Source of the DNA: Vicugna vicugna | Taxonomy: Eukaryota | Direction: 5' to 3' | Assembly (NCBI GenBank): GCA_013265495.1 | Contig: MU058844.1 | Location: 11,430,184 to 11,494,183 of the forward strand | DNA: 64,000 bases | Shown here: positions 41,241 to 55,057 of the stretch, piece after piece | How the letters are laid out: the number at the start of each line of letters is the position of its first letter | Position numbering within the stretch: position 1 is the first letter of the stretch | Notes under the pieces: model-generated | Databases searched by the model: none | What the model was told of the DNA's origin: nothing | Seen by the model: the letters and a program-made list of their open reading frames with translations, nothing else | Position numbers and translations under genes: made by a program

Positions 41241-41829
41241 ATTACTTTCTATGTCCCTAGCAAAATGCAATTAACTTGTTTTATTACATCTTAAGAATAG
41301 CTTCTGAATTTTCATATGCCTCAAAAATGTTCATTGTTAATGTTTGGTTATGAATCTTTTGGTGTTTATGGCATTTTTTACCTTTGTATGTTTAAAAAAA
41401 ATACTGAAGTTTCTTAAAATGCTTTATATAGTCACAAAGAGAATCCACATTTCGCCTTCCCATTTTTTTCCCTCAGATAAAACATTTCCTTTTCCATTTT
41501 CTCACAGGAATTATTCCTCGTATTTTCAGTTAGTTTTTCCCACATACTTTTAGAGCATATTGAAATAATTAGGTACATTAGCCCCAAAGCAACCTGGCAC
41601 TCAACAAATAAACAAACAAAAAAGCCTTAGAAGATTTTTATTAAATGTAGGATCTGTAGGGGAAAGAGACTTCTAACTCACAAGTCTATGTAATAAGTGA
41701 GGACTTTATAATTAAATAAACCTGAGTTCAGAACCATGCAAGAATAGTTAATATTACTTTTTCTCATTTTTAATCTTCAAAACTGATTTAAGAAAGCTCG
41801 CCTCATTGGTCTGTGATAAAGAGTATGAA

Positions 41830-42070
41830 TGTAATGGTAGCTAACACTTAGCAAGTACTTATCATGTATCTGGCAATTGTTTTTCTTTCTTTCTTTCTTT
41901 TTTTAATCTCATATTAACTATAAAAGAACCAATGAGATAGATTCTGTTATTTCCCTATTTAGTGACAGGGAAACTAGGCACCAAGATATTAAGTAACTTT
42001 CCTGAGGACAAACAGGAAGTAAGTGATAAAGTTTGGAACTGGACTAAGATTTTAATCACAGAGCTATGGT
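41830..42070. mobile_element. MIR SINE
   Basis: gggaaactaggcaccaagatattaagtaactttcctgaggacaaacaggaagtaagtg. Confidence 0.7.
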
Positions 42071-42159
42071 ACATGTAAGATAGTAAGTGTTATATAACAA
42101 AAATAGTATCTGGCTAGAGAAAGCACTAGCTTAATGTCTTTCTCTTCATCATCCTCATG

Positions 42160-42522
42160 CAAAGATAGATTTAAGAGACAGTGAGATAACTGGATCTATA
42201 GGTTGGCTGGGGAAGCTCTATCGCAAGCTGAAGATTAGGTTCAGGACCACGTACTTCTCATTCTAGTCTACCAAATTCTCAGGGCAAGTGCTTCTCATTT
42301 ATGGATGGAAGATCTCCAAGAAGGATGAGTAAACTATTTAATGTTTCTTAAGGCTTCAATTCAGAGGTGGTACATTCTCATGGCACCAGCACTTCATTGC
42401 CAAAGGAAGTCACATGGCCAACCCCAAACCAATGGGCAGGGAAGTGCACAAGGACCACAATAAATCACAACAGGGAGGGGAAGGAAGGATGAATTACAGA
42501 TAAATAATACAGTCTACCGTCA
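42160..42522 (-). mobile_element. Old MaLR LTR (MLT1I/J-like)
   Basis: cattgccaaaggaagtcacatggccaaccccaaaccaatgggcagggaagtgcac. Confidence 0.6.
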
Positions 42523-43910
42523 CATTCATGGAAATATTATAAAATAAATATTGAATAAATAGCTGGAATATTTGATGTTTAAATGGTATATGTTTGCATA
42601 TACCCTAAAATTCTACAGTTACAGCATAATTTAAAAATTGCTTTCTAGCCCATTGGTCATTCTCTGATTAATGTGTCCATTAACACAAGCCATCCTTTTA
42701 TTTTTTTTAACTTATCCTTTTTGAAATAAGGAAAACATGGACATTCAGTCATTAAGAGGAAACTTTTTATTCCATAATTCCTCAAAGTAATGCCTAATGG
42801 TTCTAAAGTAATATCTATAATTACTGAATTACTTTAGAAATTATGTCCTTAGTCATGTAAATTTAAATGTATTTTTTTTTAGGGATCTCTGAGCAAAAGC
42901 TTTTGCAATTTTTGTCTGATTTCTATGGTTAGAATACAACTGATATTTGTTTTAACCAGTTCTCTACATCTGACCTCTTTTGCATTAAAACAGAAGGAAC
43001 AATAAAAGACAGTTTTCTAATTAACCTCTGTTGCTTGTTATCCCACCTTCACTACCGAGGGCACAGAATTGCCACTTTTGCCTTTATCCACTGATATCTC
43101 TCTTAGTGTCTCAGTTTTACTCATTGTTTTGTTTGTTTGCTTCAGAATGAATAATTTGTGTCTGTATCCCTTACTACATTATAATTTCCTTCAGAGAAGG
43201 GATTGAATCTTATTTATCTTAGTACCATTTGTGCCTATTGCAGTGCTGAAAACCTAGTCATACCTAATATATGCATATTAAAGGAAGATAGGCTGAATAA
43301 ATGGACAATATAATTTTTCACTTTACAGCCTGCCTCTCAAAGTTATAGTTTTAAGTTCTATTTTGAAAATAATAGTTCTTGAATAAGAACTAGCTCAGTT
43401 AATTTATTTCCCATAGAAAATATAAAACTTGAATTTTCACCAAGGAAGATGAAAAAAAGACCAGTTATTTATAAAACTATCAGGCAAGGCATGTTGCGCT
43501 CACAATGATAAATTTAAGGAAATTTGTACACAGTTAGCATGAGCCTTCACCATCATACAAAAAATCAGCTCTAATTCCAGAGAACAAAGGCTCTCACATC
43601 TTGTAGTGTATCAGATATCCCAGCTATACTCTGGGGCTCACAGTAGGGTTTCCGGCTAGACGGAAAATGAAATCTAAGAGGCATTACTGGTATGAGATTC
43701 TTATTGTAGAGAAAGAGCAGCCAGCATCAAAGGCTGTCAAAAGTTCCTGCTCCAAATTCACCGTTCACCTTTAGCACATCAGAATCCAGGTCTTACTGGC
43801 AACAGATCTTAAATAAAACCTACCTTATGAAAGAGACAAAGAAAAGAGGGAAAGATAGCGTTAGTAAACACCAAAGTATTTCCTAGAAATTCCACTTAAG
43901 GTTTACACAT

Positions 43911-43967
43911 ATATTTTAAAATTTATTTTAAATTTATTTTAAATAAATTTAAAATTTATTTTAAATT
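43911..43967. repeat. Pure-AT tract with (aaatttatttt)-type units and a 15-bp inverted repeat
   Basis: Arms 43925-43939 and 43941-43955 are perfectly complementary around a 1-nt centre. Confidence 0.9.
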
Positions 43968-45136
43968 ATGTTGAGTGTCTATTTGTGCCATGTATCATAT
44001 ATATGCAAGACAAAAATAAAGGAGAGTATGAAGTCCAGTGAAGGAGACGGAGAATTATATCAAAAATAAGATGACATTTTAAGCACAGTTTGTTTTATGA
44101 GAATGTAGGAAAACACCTAACTTGGACACGAGGAATAAGAGAGAGTTTCCAGTGGAGGAAACAAATTCTAAGCTGAGAACGTAGGATCAGTGAGAGTTAA
44201 CCAGAAGAAGAAGATTCCAGAAAAAATAAAAACCTGAGTAGATCAATGTATTTCTCTTACAAGCCATGTTGTGCAGTTTGGACTAGGGAACTTAAGAATC
44301 ACTGTCATATGAACAGCCTTCCTTTTGTTAATGAGTTCCCAAAAAGAAGGCAGATAGATATTCCTGTCCAGAAATCTGCAAGAGATTAAAATTCAGGCAG
44401 TCAGAGCAGACTGTGCCTGTGACATGGTCTTAGCGATCCCTTGTCTTCCTTTTGCTCTACCCACTTTCTGAGCATTGACTGTGTGAATTCTCTAAGACGC
44501 TTCAAACAAATTCCATTTCTGCTTAAGTTACCCAGAGGTTTTTTTTTTTTTATTATTTACAACCAAATTCCTTGATAATTCAGTCTTTATAAAATTTAAA
44601 GCAGAAAATTGGTAAACAGAGATTTATGCTTTAAGACAATTTATCTAGCTATAAAGTTTGTAACAGGAAGGAGGGCTAAGCTGGAGCCAAGGAGCTTGCA
44701 ATCTTGCCAAACTTGAGATTCTGATAGCCATCTAAGGTGGCAGTGCTGAGCAAAGAGAACAGCCAGTAGCCCCGAGGGATACTGACTGAGAATTTACAAA
44801 TACGTAGCAGTTAGGGAGAAAGAGAAATGATGGCTTTCTTCATTCTCATGAAAGACACTTACTGACCAACCTCTGAATACACATTTAAAGTACAGGCAAC
44901 TATGTGGGAACTCTGCCAAAGAAGTTTCAGAAAAAAAGAGAGAATAAACCTAAAGGACATATCAGAAAGGAAATGACAGAAGTGGAGCAATTAGGATTTA
45001 AGTAAGCAAAAACTTACCTCCAAGTGGCTTGAACAGTAAGGGATTTTTTTTTTTTTTTGGCTCATCTATTGAAAGTTCAGAGGTAGATTGTTAATTGTTA
45101 ATCTGTTAGTTAAGGTTAAATCTGTTTTAACCTTAA

Positions 45137-45548
45137 CTGTTACAAGAAGGGAGCTAGCACCATCAGTAACTACAGTATGAACCAGGGTGTAAACAGGGAG
45201 AAACTTAGCAAAATCTACTGGTTAAAATTCCTCTTTGTGTCCTGTGGCCCAGTGAACATTTGTTCACCAAATACTTGCTTTTCCATCTCCATGTCAATGG
45301 CTTCCTCCCCTTTGAGGTCCCAAACCACTACCCCTGACATCTTTTTCTGTCTTTAGCTGAAGATGGCATTTAAGGTGAGGGCTGTGGCCATTTGGATGAG
45401 TTACTCAATTTTTCTGGGTCTCTTCTGTGTATACATGTTATTAAACTTTTGCTTGATTTTCTCCTGTTAATCTGCCTCACATCAATTTAATTCTTAGATG
45501 AGCCAGAAGAACCTAGAAAGGGAGAGGAAAATTTCTTCCTTCCCAACA
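45137..45548 (+). mobile_element. ERV1 solo LTR, MER34-group-like, 5'-truncated
   Basis: Colinear with the reverse complement of 56292-56857 (ttttccatctccatgtcaatgg...cttcctcccctttg, ctgtctttagctga, aaggtgaggg, tttaattcttaga); ends cccaaca. Confidence 0.85.
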
Positions 45549-45729
45549 TGTCCATTCTGGAAATAAATATTATGGCTAGGAGAATTACATGTGTCACAGG
45601 CTTAGGCTTGGGTTCCTCCAGAAAAATTGATTTAGAAAAAGTATGTGATAGTTTTAAAAATAGAAGGAGGTGCAGGACACAAATAAACAATATTTATTGA
45701 AGGGGCAATACGGTGTTAGTACATTAGAG

Positions 45730-48470
45730 GTTGTTTTTAAATGTAAGAGAATATTATAAATAACTTTGTGTGAATATATTTGAAAAGATGGATGAAATGA
45801 GCAATTTTGTATAAAAAATAAGTTAGGTTACTAAACTTGACTTAATAAGTAGAAAAACCAAGCAGATCAGTAGCCATTAAAAGATTTAATCACATGGAAA
45901 AAACAAACTTTCTCTAAAATTAGCATTTAATCCAGACCATTGCAGAGTTAGTTTTATCAGACCTTAACCCTCCCAGACTTCAGACAATGCTACAGGGCTA
46001 CAGTAATCAAAACAGCATGGTACTGGCACAAAAGCAGATATATGGATCAATGGAACAGAATATAGAGCCCAGAAAACAACCCACAGACCTACGGTCAATT
46101 AATCTTTCACAAAGGAGGCAAGAATATACAGTGGAGAAAAGACAGTCTCTTCAGCATGTGATGTTGGGAAAACTTGCCAGCAGCATGTAAATCAGTGAAG
46201 TTAGAACATTCCCTCACACCATACACAAAAATAAACTCAAAATGGCTTAAAGACTTAAATATAAGACAAGCTACTATAAACCTCCTAGAAAAAGGACATA
46301 GGCAAAACATTCTCTAACATAAATCTTAGCAATGTTCTCCTAGGGCAGTCTACCCAGGCAATAGAAATAAAAGCAAAAATAAACAAATGGGACCTATTTA
46401 AATTTACAAGCTTTTGCACAGCAAAGGAAACTATAAGCAAAACAAAATGACAGTCTATGGAATGGGAGACAATATTTGCAAATGATGTGACTGACAAAGG
46501 TTTAATTTCCAGAATATATAAACAGCTCATACAACTTAATAACAACAACAAAACCCAATCCAAAAATGGGCAGAAGACCTAAACAAGCAATTCTCCAATG
46601 AAGACATATAAATGGCCAACAGACACATGAAAATATGCTCAATATCACTAATTATCAGAGAAATGCAAATCAAAACTACAATGAGGTATCACCTCACACC
46701 ACTCAGAATGGCCAACATTCAAAAATCCAGAAATGATAAATGCTGGAGAGGCTGTGGAATAAAGGAACCCTCCTACACTGTTGGTGGGAGTGCAGTTTGG
46801 TGCAGCCACTGTGGAAAACAGTATGGAGATTCCTCAAAAAACTGAAAATAAACTTACCATATGATCTAGCAATCCCACTCCTAGACATATATCTGGAGGG
46901 AACTCTAATTCAAAAAGGTATATGCACTCCAATATTCGTAGTACTGCTGTATGTAATAGCCAAGACGTGGAAACAACTTTAATGTCCATTGACAGATAAC
47001 TGGATAAAGAAGTTGTGCTATATTTATACAATGGAATACTACTCGGTGATAAAAAAAAGGAATAAAATAATGCCATTTGCAGCAACGCGAATGGATCTGG
47101 AGATTGTCATTCTAAGTGAAGTAAGCCAGAAAGAGAAAGAAAAATACTGTGTGATATCAGTCATATGTGGAATGAAAAAAAAAAAAGAAAAGAAAGAAAG
47201 AAAGAAAAACAAAGACACTAATGAACTCATCTACAAAACAGAAACAGACTCGCAGACATAGCAAACAATCTTATGGTTACCCAGGGAAAGGTAATGGGAT
47301 AGGAAAGGAAGGGATAAATTTGGGAGTTTGAGATTTGCAAATGTTAAACACTACAAATAAAAGTCGATAAAAAACAAATTTCTCCTGTATAGCACAGGGA
47401 ACTATATTCAATATCTTGTAATAACCTCTAATGAAAAAGAATATGAAACAAATATATGTATATATATGCATATTGAGACATTATGCTGTACACCAGAAAT
47501 TGACACATTGTAACTGACTATATTTCAATTTAAAAAAAATTAGAAAAAAAAACCCTTAAAACTATAAGTAATCCCTATATTACCAAAATATTTTAGAAAC
47601 AAAACACTATAAAAAACTATCTCATTCATTTTATGATTCTAATATAACATACATGGAAATTGGGCAACAGTATAAAAATTAAATTGTAGTTAAGTCTCAC
47701 CTTTAAAAATACAAGAAGACATAAAAAGAAAACATAGAAATCAACTCAACTCAATAAAGTATTTTTAAAAATCTCAAAAATACCAAAAAAGGTTTATTCC
47801 AGGAATGTAGTGCTGGTAAAATACATTTTTTAAAATTAACAATTCAACATAAAACATCTATTACACTGAAAGGTCACATGAGAAAGAAAAAAATAAGTGC
47901 AGAAGAAAACGATTTCTATAAAAATTCTTAGCAATTTAAGAATCATAAGGGGATGTTTTTACTTGATAAAGTTCTACCAAAAATCTACAGGCATATCATT
48001 CTTAAAAGTAAAATATAAGAATCACTCTTAGTAATGTCAAAAAATGAAACAAGATGTTTTATTATCACTCAATTATTGAAAGTTTCACTGGATATTCTTG
48101 CCAGTATTATAATTTAAAAAATTATATGAAACATTCAAGTATTTTTAAAGTCACAAAATTGTTGTTATTTACATAGACAATCCAAGACATTCCTACATAT
48201 CATTCAATCTAATTAAGACTTTAGTAAATCTGCTGGATACAAAAAAAAACTACTAAAATCTTTAGAATTCTTATGAAGGAGCAATAACAAATTAGAAAAT
48301 GCTATGTAAAATGTAAGCATTCAAAACAGCAATGAAAATTGTATTTACCTTTAGTACCCATTAGGAGTAAAGCTAACAAAATCATGTGAGACCTGAAAAA
48401 ACAATTATCAAATATTAAAGTACACAGAAGATGAATGAGCGAGGAGAGAGTCACATTCATATTTATACAG
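45730..48470 (+). mobile_element. Old L1M ORF2 remnant, host of the younger L1
   Basis: atatttgaaaagatggatgaaatgagcaatttt... before the younger L1 and ...ctcattcattttatga...ggtttattccaggaatg...gctggatacaaaa after it. Confidence 0.7.
45968..47552 (+). mobile_element. Younger 5'-truncated L1 (cetartiodactyl/camelid type): ORF2 C-terminus, 3' UTR and A tail
   Basis: Translates to L1 ORF2 motifs ([64 protein letters not shown]) with stops and frameshifts; 3' UTR gtatagcacagggaactatattcaatatcttgtaataacc; short TSD-like ccttaa at 45962 and 47554. Confidence 0.95.
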
Positions 48471-49899
48471 AAAGCAAAACTTCAACCTGTCAGTATTGGC
48501 CAATTCTGTATGGTGGGCACCTGGTGTTTGTTGTGTGACTTACTGTTACCCTGCCTTTTTTTTTTTAACTTTTCAAAACAATTACAAATCAGTAAAACAA
48601 GCTTCATGTTTCCACAGAGAAAAACATACTTTACTTTGCGAATCAATGGCATAAATTTCCTACAAATGCTATTAACTGTGTAAAACTTTAACACAAGTAT
48701 TCTATTCCCAGAACCAAGGCAGAAGGGTTTCATACGGGGTTCCTGCCTGAAAATATTTGCTGTTTGAGAAGAGGAAATATTGAAGTCTACTTTAAAGTAC
48801 ATAAAGACAATTGTACAGTAGGATTAAATCTTACAGAAAAAACTTACAAAAAGATTTGCTGCCCCCCTTTTTTCTTAAAATGACTATGTCAATATATAAT
48901 ATTGAGTATATGATAAAACTGTAATTTTTTTCTCTCAGAAAGCAAATAGTGTTTATTGAAAAGTGTGAAGCAAAGTGAGGTGAGTTTTGAGAAAAATAAT
49001 ATTTTTCAAGGCTTTTCAATGTATTTTCCTTAACAGCCTCTGTCTTTTCATAAGTGTTAGATATCTGCTAAGAAACTGATTTATGTATATTTTTTCTGTC
49101 TGAAAGCTGTATTAACATCTTTCAGAGTATCTATAAAACAGGATTACTTTTTTTTCCATGAGAATTAGTGAAGAATTTTTTTCACATCTTATTTCCAAAT
49201 ATTATTAGATATTTGACACTTCAGGATGATTTAAATTACTTTCAATGAGCCTGAGATACAGTTTTATCACATTGCTTTCTTGAACCAAGAGGAAAGAAAA
49301 TTGCATATTAGTTTTATTTTCTCACCAAGACTAGATTAAACTAAAATGGCAATAATAAGATTTTTTTAAACCAAAGAATGTATCTTCTGGGGGTGAAATA
49401 TCAACATGGATGGAAAACTTGAATTTAGCTGTTCTCACAAAAGTTGGGAGTTGGGAAATCATCAGTGGTTAGACACAGGATTCTAGACAGCTTCATGGCA
49501 ATGAACTACAAATCCTAAATATTTTCCCCTATTGTCTCAACTATCAAAATTCTACACACGATGAAAGTTCCATTTAAATTTGATTGTCTCTAAATGTTTT
49601 CCCAGTTGATTAAAATTGTATATGATCTCTGCCTGCAAGCTGATTTGGGGGTTTGTGTGAACCAGGCTTGGTCATACTCTGCTAGATTTGGAGAGGAACA
49701 TTCAGATCATCCAGGCCAAACTTCTTTCCAATGAGTAACTGATCTCCTTACATAACAATGCTGGCAAAAAGGCCAGCTTCCGCTTGAACATTGTCTAGTG
49801 TTTACAGACTTCAGCAGACATTCCAACAGAGGCCTAATATCCAAAACCAATACTCCTTTTTCTCCTTACTCCCCAAAGCCAGAGATTACAGTGTCTAAT

Positions 49900-49937
49900 G
49901 ATCATCATCATCCCCATCATCATCCTCATCATCATCC
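49900..49937. repeat. Imperfect (CAT)n trinucleotide repeat
   Basis: atcatcatcatccccatcatcatcctcatcatcatcc. Confidence 0.85.
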
Positions 49938-50061
49938 TGGACTTAGATAAGAACCTTTTTTCAGAAGAAAAACTATTGCAGTAGGGAGAACTCTCCAATC
50001 TCAGAGATCAAAAACCTCAGAATCAAACTGAAAGGCTTTTCTTTTATCAGTAAGAGGAAAT

Positions 50062-50065
<4 letters not shown>

Positions 50066-50095
<30 letters not shown>
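50066..50095. repeat. Poly(A) run
   Basis: About 30 consecutive A residues, no recognisable retroelement body upstream. Confidence 0.9.
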
Positions 50096-50097
<2 letters not shown>

Positions 50098-53000
50098 GAG
50101 GAGTCTGTTCTGTGAGGGTGGAGGGGGAATGCGCCTTGTGGTCAACCACTGCTCAGCACAAGCTGAGAGGTGGGCGTGCTCCGCGTTTGAGAACTTGTGT
50201 AGGCTTGGGGCAGGCTGATGCTCAGGGCTTTCTGGGAAAGAGGGGAGACTGACTAAAGTTCGGTCAGCAAAAAGCAGAGGTTTAAAAATGGGAAACTGTG
50301 AGCACTTGGTGGGAAGCAATGATGTTTATCTGGAAGGTGGCTATGTGATGTAGTCCCGGCTAATAGGATGCAAGCAGAAGAGGCCTTCGGCTTGTTTTTC
50401 TGATAAATCCTGACAAAAAGGGACCTACTTGGCTGGCAAACATCTTTTACAGGCACAATATGCCTGGAAGTAGAGCAATGATCTGAGGAGTATGAGGAAG
50501 AAAAACACAAATGAAGAATGAGCGTTAGACGGAGACGGATCACTACTGGCGTAAATAACTCAGCATAAATGCCTGGATTCCTATTTTGAATAACTGCTGT
50601 TGGGTTAAGTAGCAGTAGTCTAACTTCTGTTACTTGGAACCAAACACAATCTTAACTAATGGAAAAAAAATGTTTAATAATCTATTCTAAGAATTTGCCC
50701 AAAATCAACATTAATTTATTACTTTTTAAGTCACCTAAAATCTCCTCTGCTCTATTTTTGTTAAAGTTTTCGCAAGAAAGTTCTGTGGATTTTCAATAAT
50801 TTTTCATGATGATTTTCAATAAATACTTCTTAGCTTCATTTTTCTAATTCCTATGTACATATTTCTTTATGATCCTTACATTTTGTCTTTCACTTTAATT
50901 ATTGTCACATATATCTTTTAACACGTATCTTGATATACATACATTTAATCTACGCATATCTATTTCTATATCTATGTATCAGGAAGCCAAATGTTTAACG
51001 TTAGTGTGTATTTTTTATTCTGCATTCTCCCAGTGCCTTTCATTTGGTAAATACTCCATAAATATCTTAATTCCATGCAATTTCTAATTCTGACAAATTA
51101 TAAACATTGAGAGGACTTGGAAAGCTCTCATTTAGTTTTAATGGTATTTCAAAACATCACCACTGTGCTAACAGCTACATGACAAGAATTAACCAAAACT
51201 AAATATGGGTATCTTTCTGAAAGTCTTTTTTTAAGTTAATTGAATTATTTCAATTGCATTAGAAAAGTATAATATTTAAAGAAATCCTGAGGTGAAGTCT
51301 TTTAATAAATGTAGTAAGTCTCCCTTCATTCACCCATAATTTATTTATTTGCTGGGTTTTCATATTGCTCTAGGCAGAATTTGGAAGGCAGGGATGCTTG
51401 CTATAGTCAGTTACGTAAGATTTAATCAGGATATCGACAAACAATTTGAATAGTAGTCAGGGAGATGAAGGAGAGGCAAAGGGTGGCTCTTAAAAAAAAA
51501 AAAAAGCCCCAATTTTTCCAATCAAGAATTCTAGTAAACAAGGCGATTTTATCTGGAAGCAGCTTGATTCTATTGCGCAGATTTACCCAGGGTCACTCTA
51601 AGTACCACTTTATGGTCAGTGCGATGCTCATCCCCTGTGTAAATCTGCATCTCTCCTGGTTTATTAAGATCCTTCTTGGATCTATGTAGTTTTGAATTTT
51701 GAAGTCCAGAGATTCCCTTTTCTCAGATTTTCCCCCCATGTGCATTTAGGGGTCATCTGTCTGGCAGACAGAAGATGTGATTCAAGGCTTGATACTACCT
51801 AAGACACAGTCCTCTATGAACTGTGTGGTATTATATAAGGACAGTTAGAAAGCAAAGGCCAGACGATATAGCCTATTACTGTCATAGTTAAATTCCCTTA
51901 GGGAAGACACACATCAAAGTAAGTTTTAAACGTGGTTCTGAATAGGCTTATTTATTGCATGCTCCATGAGGAAAAAGATTAATCCAAAGAAAGGAAACCC
52001 TAGAATTATAGCATGTATCAAAAAATCCTATCTTTCAAGCATACTGAATGACTACAAAGGTTAGCATTGTTCACTATAGGTATATAGAATACAAAGAAAA
52101 TGGTTTATAGTTAGGAATTCAATTATTCATAAGTAAACCGTGCTTCCAAATTTCAGTTTGAAAACAACATGCATTATTATATTTTAATTCTTTTAAAACA
52201 TTTGCTTGGCAAATAGCTTTGCATAATTCACTTTGTTTAGCAAAGCTTCTAGTCATGGAATGTAAAATTAAGCTTCATGTTAGGTGATGTATGAAAGACA
52301 ATGCATTCTAAATGAATAAAATCTCAACTTAAATATATGTAATACTGAGTTTTCTGTCAGCATATTATACTGCTCTTTATATAAAGACACAAAACAATAG
52401 AAAATATTGGTGAGTAAAATTTTAAAACATAAAAACTCACCACCTCCTTTAAATAAAACTGTCAAATATTAGAAAATATCTGGTGTTATTTGAAAGGCAT
52501 TCAATTCCAGGCCCTTTCCTGGTACTTATAAATAATTTTCATCTGAAAGAACAGAGGTGTTTATTACAAGGCTTTTACAAAGAGAGTGCTAGATGTTTTT
52601 AAATCATTTTTGTAAGCGACATTCAACTCTTACACTGACCAAGCTACATTACAATTTGTTTTGCATTTTTTATCTAGGATATGTGACCGTAAGAACTCTG
52701 CGAATCAAGTCTACATAATGTTTTATTGCCAGGGTTTGCAGATTGAGGTTAGGGAGGAATAAGAGAAAAATTAAAGAACCGGAAAGCAACTGAGAAAACA
52801 TACCCATGGTACAATCATTGTGAGTGAATGTTGAATCGCGAACAAGAATTATTCTGCCAAATTTGCAGTTTTTGTAGATCAGCTGTCAATTACTTAAGGA
52901 GAGGGAACGTCCTTGTACATTTTGATTTAGTCATTATCTCTTCAATCCGTCTCAGCTTTATCACTTTGAAAAATCTGGAAAAAAATATGCCATTTGCATT

Positions 53001-54354
53001 CCATAATTACATCAAGGGACTTGAGAGTTTCGGCATCGCATTCTTTGAAAGCAGAGGGCACGTCAAGGCAAATCGGTTGCAGTGACTAATCACAGGAGTC
53101 CCTAGGCCTGGGCTGGCCACCCTCAGCTGAAGACCTTTGCCACACTGTCATTACTATGGACTGTCTGCTGGCTGGCTGACCCCAGCTTCCTTCTGCTTCT
53201 CCAAAGCCCTTTATCACTCAATGATTAATGAACTGTAAAATAACAACCAGCCTCTGAGCCAGTCAAGATTCCTTCCCATGAATACTGAACGGAAATGCAA
53301 AGTTTCTTCCCTAAAGGTGTCAAGATTCAATGGGCAAACCTTCTTTTTTCTTTTCTTTTTTTTTTTTTTTAACCCTCCAGCACTGTTGCCAATCAGTGTA
53401 GGAAGCAAAATGTCAAACGAGATATTCAAAGACCACTCTCGTTTCCTCCAGTAACCCTAAGGTGCTGCTTATATGTTTTCATCAATTTATTCCAAACTGT
53501 TCCAACTACTAGGATTCATGATTAGCTCTTTCAAAACTTCCATCTTGGGGCTGTACTTTGGCACGAGGGGCTTTGTGAAAGAAAATGAAGCAAATACAAT
53601 TTGAGAGCTGAGAGCAGGCTGACATCCTCAAGCTTACATAACTCAGTCAGGAAAGCTCCATGCGCATAGCAATGTTTCTTCTAATAATAATAGTTTCCTC
53701 AAAGAAAAGAAAGTGTGGATGCAGTGAGATCATAAGCTAAAGGGAAAAACCACAAGCTCAGGAAAAGAGGAAATAAAACAGAAATCTTAGGAGAGAAAGA
53801 TGAGACCCGGTTGAAAGCTAGCACATTGATTTCTAGGCATATCATCCAAACTGCATTTTCCAGCAAACCTTTCTTGCTTAAGAATTACAAATTCCAAGTG
53901 TTTTAAAACATTATCATGGATCCTGAATATGAACAACTAAAAGCTGACTTCAGCTTTCAGTAAACTTAGATTGAGCAAACATTATGTCATCAAGATCCTC
54001 TATGGATGAAATAAATTTCTTCTCCTTTGAAACCATGCTTTCCCATCCTCCTTTTTCTTACAAATAATAAATGGGAAATCACACATAACGCCCAATTATA
54101 AACCCTTATTATTCTGTCACTGACTTATAAAATTATATTGGCCGAAAACATATTTCTCATTTGGTCTTTCGTATTACATTTTATGGCTCTTGAAACATCA
54201 TAAGTTTCCATGTTGTATTCTTATTGCTTATATTATAGAAAGGAATAGTTTGCTGTTCTCTGAACAGAAAACCAAATTTAAAACCTCTCAAGTATCCTAA
54301 CATGAAAAGTTTTCTCTTTCTCCAATGCATAATCTTCCTACCAACATATATACG

Positions 54355-54636
54355 CACTTGACCCTTAAATAACACAGGTTTGAAATGCATGGATCCTCTT
54401 ATATGGGGACTTTTTTTTCAATAGTAAATACTACAGTGTTTACTTGCTTGATGCTTATATACTTGATACAATATTTACTTGCTTGATACAGTATTTACCT
54501 GTTTGAATCCATGGATGTGAAACCTCAGATATGGAGGAACTACATATTTACTGAGGGTTGACTGTAAATTATACGCAGATTTTTTTATTGTGTTGGCGGT
54601 GTACCCCTAACCCCCACGTTGTTCAAGGGTCAACTA
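54355..54636. mobile_element. Tc1/mariner Tigger2-derived MITE (MER8/MER28-like)
   Basis: TIRs cacttgacccttaaataac ... gttgttcaagggtcaacta; TA follows the right end. Confidence 0.85.
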
Positions 54637-54970
54637 TACTAAATTACATTATTGTAAAAATTACAGTTTTTCCTGAGACATATGAATTCACATCATGACA
54701 TACCAGGGTATCTCAACATTTTGATAGAGCACAAACATTTTTTGTGATAATTTAGTATGCACTTTCTTAGTTTTTCAATAAATTTTAGTCAACAGTCTTG
54801 AGATATAGTGGTTAAAAAAAAGATTTTTAACACATTCAGACACCATAAAATGTCTTAAAATTACTACTCCTTATGTTCCTTAAAAATATGCTTTGTTAGA
54901 GCTAAAAACAATTTCACATTTTTGCATTCTGATGGAAGTGTAGCTTCAAATCTTTTTTACCTGTAGCTTT

Positions 54971-55057
54971 AAAAAAAAATTTTTTTTAATGGCGATACTG
55001 AGGATTGAACCCGGGACCTGTGCATGCACTCTACCACTGAGCTATACCCACCCCTCC
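54971..55057 (-). mobile_element. tRNA-derived SINE, camelid Vic-1-like (short form)
   Basis: Reverse strand reads gggtatagctcagtggtagagtgcatgcacaggtcccgggttcaatcctcagtatcgcc plus A tail; imperfect TSD acctgtagcttt / acttgtagcgtt. Confidence 0.85.

Noticed and set aside
45987..47261. Cluster of ORFs at 46-47 kb
   Set aside because: Broken L1 ORF2 pieces and their antisense or alternate frames, not a host gene.
50066..50095. Poly(A) as the tail of a processed pseudogene
   Set aside because: No upstream polyadenylation signal, ORF remnant or TSD seen.
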